Positions 60,388 through 64,000 of a DNA stretch of 64,000 bases are shown here, in pieces. A program made the translations under genes and the position numbers. The stretch comes from an uncultured Gammaproteobacteria bacterium (GTDB lineage Bacteria; Patescibacteriota; Patescibacteriia; Patescibacteriales; UBA12465): the NCBI GenBank assembly GCA_964639785.1, contig CAZXEE010000002.1, forward strand, positions 143,273 to 207,272, given 5' to 3'. How positions within the stretch are numbered: position 1 is the first letter of the stretch; the number at the start of each line of letters is the position of its first letter. The notes under the pieces were generated by a model, which worked only from the letters and a program-made list of their open reading frames with translations, had not been told where the DNA came from and made no database searches.

Positions 60388-60394
60388 TAAATAA

Positions 60395-60799
60395 ATGACT
60401 GAAAAACAGGATAAAATTATCAGATTAATGGGCGTCGATTGGGGTGAAAAACGCCTGGGAATCGCTTTGGCGGACACTGAAGTCCGTTTGGCGACGCCTT
60501 TTATGGTGGCTGGGGGATTAAGCGAATTGCTTAAGATCATCGAGTCGGAGGAAGTGGATATGATCATCCTGGGAGAACCGCAGAAGATGAGAGGTAAGAC
60601 TAATGATATTAATCCGCGCTTCAAGGAATTTTTACGATTGTTATCAACAAAAACTGACCTGCCAATCGAACTGGTTGATGAACGTCTATCTAGTAAGAAT
60701 GCCGACGCTCTAGCTGGAAGCAAGAAGACTAAGGCTCCTCGGGATGCTATCGCTGCTATGATTATCTTGCAGACTTATCTGGATCAAAAATATGGCTGA
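60395..60799 (+). CDS. ruvX: Putative pre-16S rRNA nuclease / Holliday junction resolvase-like YqgF
   Basis: 134 aa. LMGVDWGEKRLGIALAD N-terminus and DERLSS. Confidence 0.85.
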   Translation: MTEKQDKIIRLMGVDWGEKRLGIALADTEVRLATPFMVAGGLSELLKIIESEEVDMIILGEPQKMRGKTNDINPRFKEFLRLLSTKTDLPIELVDERLSSKNADALAGSKKTKAPRDAIAAMIILQTYLDQKYG

Positions 60800-61505
60800 G
60801 ACTTTTAATACCAAAGCTTTTGTTTTAAATCGCTCGGCTTATCGGGAATATGATAGCCGGGTGACTTTATATACGGCTCTATTCGGCAAGATTGACTTGT
60901 TAGCTCGAGGAACCCAGAGATCGGGTTCTAAGCTGGCGGCCCATGTCGAGCCTTTGAGTTTGGTGGACTTGATGATTATCAAGGGCAAGAATATGGATTA
61001 TATTGGAAGCTCCATCATTAGCGATGCCTATGGCAGCATCAAGGATAGCTTAGACAAGCTGCCGGTCGCTGGTTCGGCCTTATTCGCTTTTAATCGTTTG
61101 GTCAAGTATGAAGAGAAGGATGAGGAGCTTCTAGCTTTGCTATTGGAATTCCTAAGTATCTTGGATGAACGTCCGGATCGAGCTGATTGGCTGTTGTCTT
61201 CCTGGTCTTTGAAATTCTTGTCGGCCTTGGGTTATCAGCCGGAGCTATATCATTGCTTGCATTGCCGGAAGCGGCTGGAGCCTAGCGGCAATCAATTCAG
61301 CGTCATGAAGGGCGGGATATTTTGTGCAGATTGTGCTCGCCGAGAGGCCGGACTGGACCAGATTGACGAGAACGGTATCAAGACTCTGCGCTTGGTCTTA
61401 TCTCATTCTTTGTCTGACTTGGCCAACCTGCGGGCCGAGGCCAAGGTCTTTGATCGGGCTAATAATATCATCCGGAATCTCATGAATTTCTACGTCAAAA
61501 ACTAG
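60792..61505 (+). CDS. recO: DNA repair protein RecO
   Basis: 237 aa. OB-fold N-terminus and the zinc motif CLHCRK...CADC. Its start overlaps the ruvX stop (ATGGCTGA). Confidence 0.85.
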   Translation: MAETFNTKAFVLNRSAYREYDSRVTLYTALFGKIDLLARGTQRSGSKLAAHVEPLSLVDLMIIKGKNMDYIGSSIISDAYGSIKDSLDKLPVAGSALFAFNRLVKYEEKDEELLALLLEFLSILDERPDRADWLLSSWSLKFLSALGYQPELYHCLHCRKRLEPSGNQFSVMKGGIFCADCARREAGLDQIDENGIKTLRLVLSHSLSDLANLRAEAKVFDRANNIIRNLMNFYVKN

Positions 61506-61537
61506 CTTTATTTGGTTATTGGCTAAGGTTTGACAAA

Positions 61538-61559
61538 AGTCGGGAAACCGGCTTTTTTT
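61538..61559 (+). terminator. Rho-independent terminator after recO
   Basis: AGTCGG / CCGGCT stem, GAAA loop, T7 tail. Confidence 0.65.
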
Positions 61560-61560
61560 C

Positions 61561-61589
61561 TTGATAAAAATATGGAAATAGGTTAGAAT
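61561..61589 (+). promoter_or_regulatory. Candidate asnS promoter (TTGATA-17-TAGAAT)
   Basis: Hexamers at 61561-61566 and 61584-61589, with a 65-nt leader. Confidence 0.5.
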
Positions 61590-61654
61590 TAAGAGGTATT
61601 TATTAACCATTTTTAAAGCCTAAAAGACCCCTAAATAGGCTTAATTTTAATTAT

Positions 61655-63049
61655 ATGAGCATTATCAGCATCAAAGATATCCATCGTCACTATTCTGATT
61701 ATCTGAATCAGGAAATCAATGTCGTCGGTTGGGTCCGGACAGTTCGCAGTTCGAAAGATTTTGGTTTTATTGAGCTCAACGACGGCACCTTCTTCAAGGG
61801 GTTGCAAATTGTTTTCGATGGCCAATTGGCTAATTTTTCTGAGATTGAAAAGACGACCATCGGTTCAGCCTTGGAAATCAGCGGCGTATTGGTGGAATCT
61901 CCAGCAGCCGGACAACCTTTTGAGCTTAAAGCTTCCAGTATCAACGTCCTTGGTTTGGCTGAGGCTGATTATCCGCTTCAGAAGAAAAAGCATAGCTTTG
62001 AATTCTTGCGTACCATCGCCCATTTGCGCCCGAGAAGCAATACTTTCTCAGCGGTTTTCAGATTAAGATCGGTTTTGAGTTTTGCAATCCATAAATTTTT
62101 CCAAGAGAAAGGATTTGTCTATGTCCACTCTCCTATCATTACCACTTCTGATTGTGAGGGCGCCGGTGAAATGTTCAATGTTACTACTCTCGATCTGAAT
62201 CGGGAGATTCCAAAGAATGAGAAGGGTGAAGTCGATTATAGTTCAGACTTTTTTGGCAAGAGAGCTGGCCTTACTGTCAGTGGCCAATTGAATGCCGAGG
62301 CGATGGCTTTAGCTTTCAAGAATGTCTATACTTTCGGTCCGACTTTTCGAGCGGAGAATTCCAATACCACTAGGCATGCTTCTGAATTCTGGATGTTGGA
62401 ACCGGAAATATTTTTTGCTGAGCTAAAAGACGACATGGAGTTGGCGGAGGAGATGATTAAATACGTCATCGCTTATGTCCTTAAGGAACTGCCAGAGGAA
62501 ATGGAATTCTTCAATAAGTTTATCGATCCGACATTATTAGAACGTTTGAATAGTTTGGTTAACTCTGAGTTCAAGCGGATGACTTATACTGAGGCTGTCG
62601 ACATCTTGTTAGCCTCGGGTCAGAAATTCGAATATCCGGTGAAGTGGGGAATTGATTTGCAGACCGAACATGAGCGATATTTAACCGATCAGGTAGTTAA
62701 GGGCCCGGTCTTCTTGATTGATTATCCTAAGGATATCAAGGCTTTTTATATGCGTTTGAATGATGATGGTAAGACTGTAGCTGCTATGGATCTGCTGGTT
62801 CCTGGAATCGGTGAGATTATCGGTGGCAGTCAAAGGGAAGAACGTTTGGATCTGTTGACAGCTCGGATGAAAGAATTGAATCTTAATCCGGAGGATTATG
62901 CGTGGTATCTCGATCTGCGCCGCTTTGGCGGCACGAAGCATGCCGGTTTCGGCCTGGGCTTCGAACGGGCTATCATGTACTTATCCGGAATGGTCAATAT
63001 CCGAGATGTGATTCCTTTCCCGAGAACTCCGAAGAATGCTGAGTTTTAA
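61655..63049 (+). CDS. asnS: Asparagine--tRNA ligase
   Basis: 464 aa. Class IIb motifs, with [21 protein letters not shown] diagnostic of AsnRS, and GFGLGFER. Confidence 0.92.
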   Translation: MSIISIKDIHRHYSDYLNQEINVVGWVRTVRSSKDFGFIELNDGTFFKGLQIVFDGQLANFSEIEKTTIGSALEISGVLVESPAAGQPFELKASSINVLGLAEADYPLQKKKHSFEFLRTIAHLRPRSNTFSAVFRLRSVLSFAIHKFFQEKGFVYVHSPIITTSDCEGAGEMFNVTTLDLNREIPKNEKGEVDYSSDFFGKRAGLTVSGQLNAEAMALAFKNVYTFGPTFRAENSNTTRHASEFWMLEPEIFFAELKDDMELAEEMIKYVIAYVLKELPEEMEFFNKFIDPTLLERLNSLVNSEFKRMTYTEAVDILLASGQKFEYPVKWGIDLQTEHERYLTDQVVKGPVFLIDYPKDIKAFYMRLNDDGKTVAAMDLLVPGIGEIIGGSQREERLDLLTARMKELNLNPEDYAWYLDLRRFGGTKHAGFGLGFERAIMYLSGMVNIRDVIPFPRTPKNAEF

Positions 63050-63064
63050 TTAGTTTTTATTTAT

Positions 63065-64000
63065 ATGAAGAGCAAGAATGCTTTTACACTTATTGAGCTT
63101 TTGGTGGTTATTGCAATCATCGGTGTTCTAGCAACCATTTCAGTGATAGCTCTTCAAAATGTTAGGTCTAAGGCTCGTGATGCCAAGAGAGTGGGGGATG
63201 TTAAACAGATTAGAACCGCTTTAGAAATGTTCTTTAATGATAATGGCCGTTATCCATTAACGTCTGAATTTGAATCCGGGTCATTAGCTACGGGAACTGA
63301 TATTTATTTGTCTAGGATTCCAGAATCTTCAACTCCGGCTGATGGTGATTGTACAGTTACTGAAAATTCTTTTTCTTATTTTTCGGATGATGGATCGGAT
63401 TATCAATTATTTTTTTGTCTAGGCAGTAATTCTGGTTCATTAGAGCCTGGTGTCAACATCGCCTCTCCTTCCAGTATCGTTAGTTGGGCTTGCGGTGATG
63501 ATCTGATAATTTCTAGTTTGGCTGGCCATTATTGCAATAGCAATGCTCCATATTTTGATAAATGCAGTTATCGGACAATCAAGATTGGCAATCAATGTTG
63601 GATGCAGGAAAATTTAAATGTCGGGTCTATTATTACCGCTTCATCCAATTCTGTTGATAATGGCGTTTTAGAAAAATATTGTTATGCGAATAATTCAAGT
63701 TATTGTTTAGATAGTGGTTCATTTTATCAATGGAACGAAGCTATGAATTATTCCACTACTACCGGGGCTCGGGGCGTCTGTCCAGTTGGCTGGCATGTCC
63801 CGACGCATGATGAATTTACTACCTTAGAAAGGGCTGTCTGTACCTCTGGAACTTGCAATACGGATTTCCCTTATGACTCTACTACTGCGGCTTGGCGTGG
63901 TACTGACGAGGGAACGAAACTTAGCCCTGGAGGATCATCCGGTTTCGGTTCAATTTGGGCGGGATATCGGGATTATGATGGAGCTACCAATTATCGAGGA
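63065..64000 (+). CDS. Type IV prepilin-like N-terminus fused to a FISUMP domain, paralog 3 (3' end beyond the window)
   Basis: Hand-translated; open for 312 codons to the window edge and absent from the ORF track. MKSKNA|FTLIELLVVIAIIGVLA, VRSKARDAKRVGDVKQIRTALEMFFND, IGNQCWMQENLNVG, FYQWNEA, CPVGWHVPTHDEF. Confidence 0.8.
   Translation, partial: MKSKNAFTLIELLVVIAIIGVLATISVIALQNVRSKARDAKRVGDVKQIRTALEMFFNDNGRYPLTSEFESGSLATGTDIYLSRIPESSTPADGDCTVTENSFSYFSDDGSDYQLFFCLGSNSGSLEPGVNIASPSSIVSWACGDDLIISSLAGHYCNSNAPYFDKCSYRTIKIGNQCWMQENLNVGSIITASSNSVDNGVLEKYCYANNSSYCLDSGSFYQWNEAMNYSTTTGARGVCPVGWHVPTHDEFTTLERAVCTSGTCNTDFPYDSTTAAWRGTDEGTKLSPGGSSGFGSIWAGYRDYDGATNYRG

Noticed and set aside
60792-60799. 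Alternative genetic code (UGA recoding as in Gracilibacteria/Absconditabacteria)
   Set aside because: TGA is used as a genuine stop (for example ruvX at 60797-60799). RF2, which reads UGA, is encoded, and all conserved genes translate full-length under the standard code.
1-64000. tRNA, rRNA, CRISPR arrays, transposases, integrases and prophage genes
   Set aside because: I inspected every intergenic gap over 70 nt by eye. I saw no cloverleaf-type sequences (no GTTCGAATC-like T-arms outside coding regions), no repeat-spacer arrays and no recombinase-like ORFs.

Overview
Gene-dense, AT-rich bacterial chromosome segment, coded almost entirely on the + strand. I found no rRNA, tRNA, CRISPR array, transposase or integrase. 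Content in order: (1) a PfkB kinase, a cupin epimerase-like protein, a HIT protein and an orphan receiver. (2) A MarR-controlled MacAB-like efflux operon, an SPFH protein and a RelE/antitoxin pair. (3) mreB, a surface-glycan cluster (UXS-like, three GT4, one GT2) and a secreted S8 protease with FG-GAP repeats. (4) A split dcw block: mraY-ftsW-murG, then a three-gene orphan island on the minus strand, then murC-murB. (5) A phosphorylase / class II aldolase / MtnA cluster that looks like a DHAP shunt. (6) Nearly the whole ribosomal super-operon in rearranged order: infA-rpmJ-rpsM-rpsK-rpsD-rpoA-rplQ-rplM-rpsI, then pilin-like gene, prfB, comEC, rpmB and an S2P protease, then rpsL-rpsG-fusA-orf-tuf, then rpsJ through secY, then a 751-aa orphan and map. 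(7) ruvX, recO and asnS. No rpmD (L30) lies between rpsE and rplO, no adk lies after secY, ComEC lacks the C-terminal metallo-beta-lactamase part, several r-proteins carry charged low-complexity extensions, and start codons mostly lack Shine-Dalgarno sequences. Together these fit a small-genome Candidate Phyla Radiation (Patescibacteria) organism using the standard code; this placement is inference. Most interesting items: three dispersed paralogs that fuse a type IV prepilin N-terminus (Ala at -1) to a FISUMP domain; the autonomous minus-strand island inside the dcw cluster, whose 534-aa protein has a possible minimal nucleotidyltransferase signature; the 751-aa orphan occupying the adk position and apparently co-transcribed with map; and an rpoA with no alpha C-terminal domain. 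All family calls come from motif recognition by eye. No database search or computation was run.
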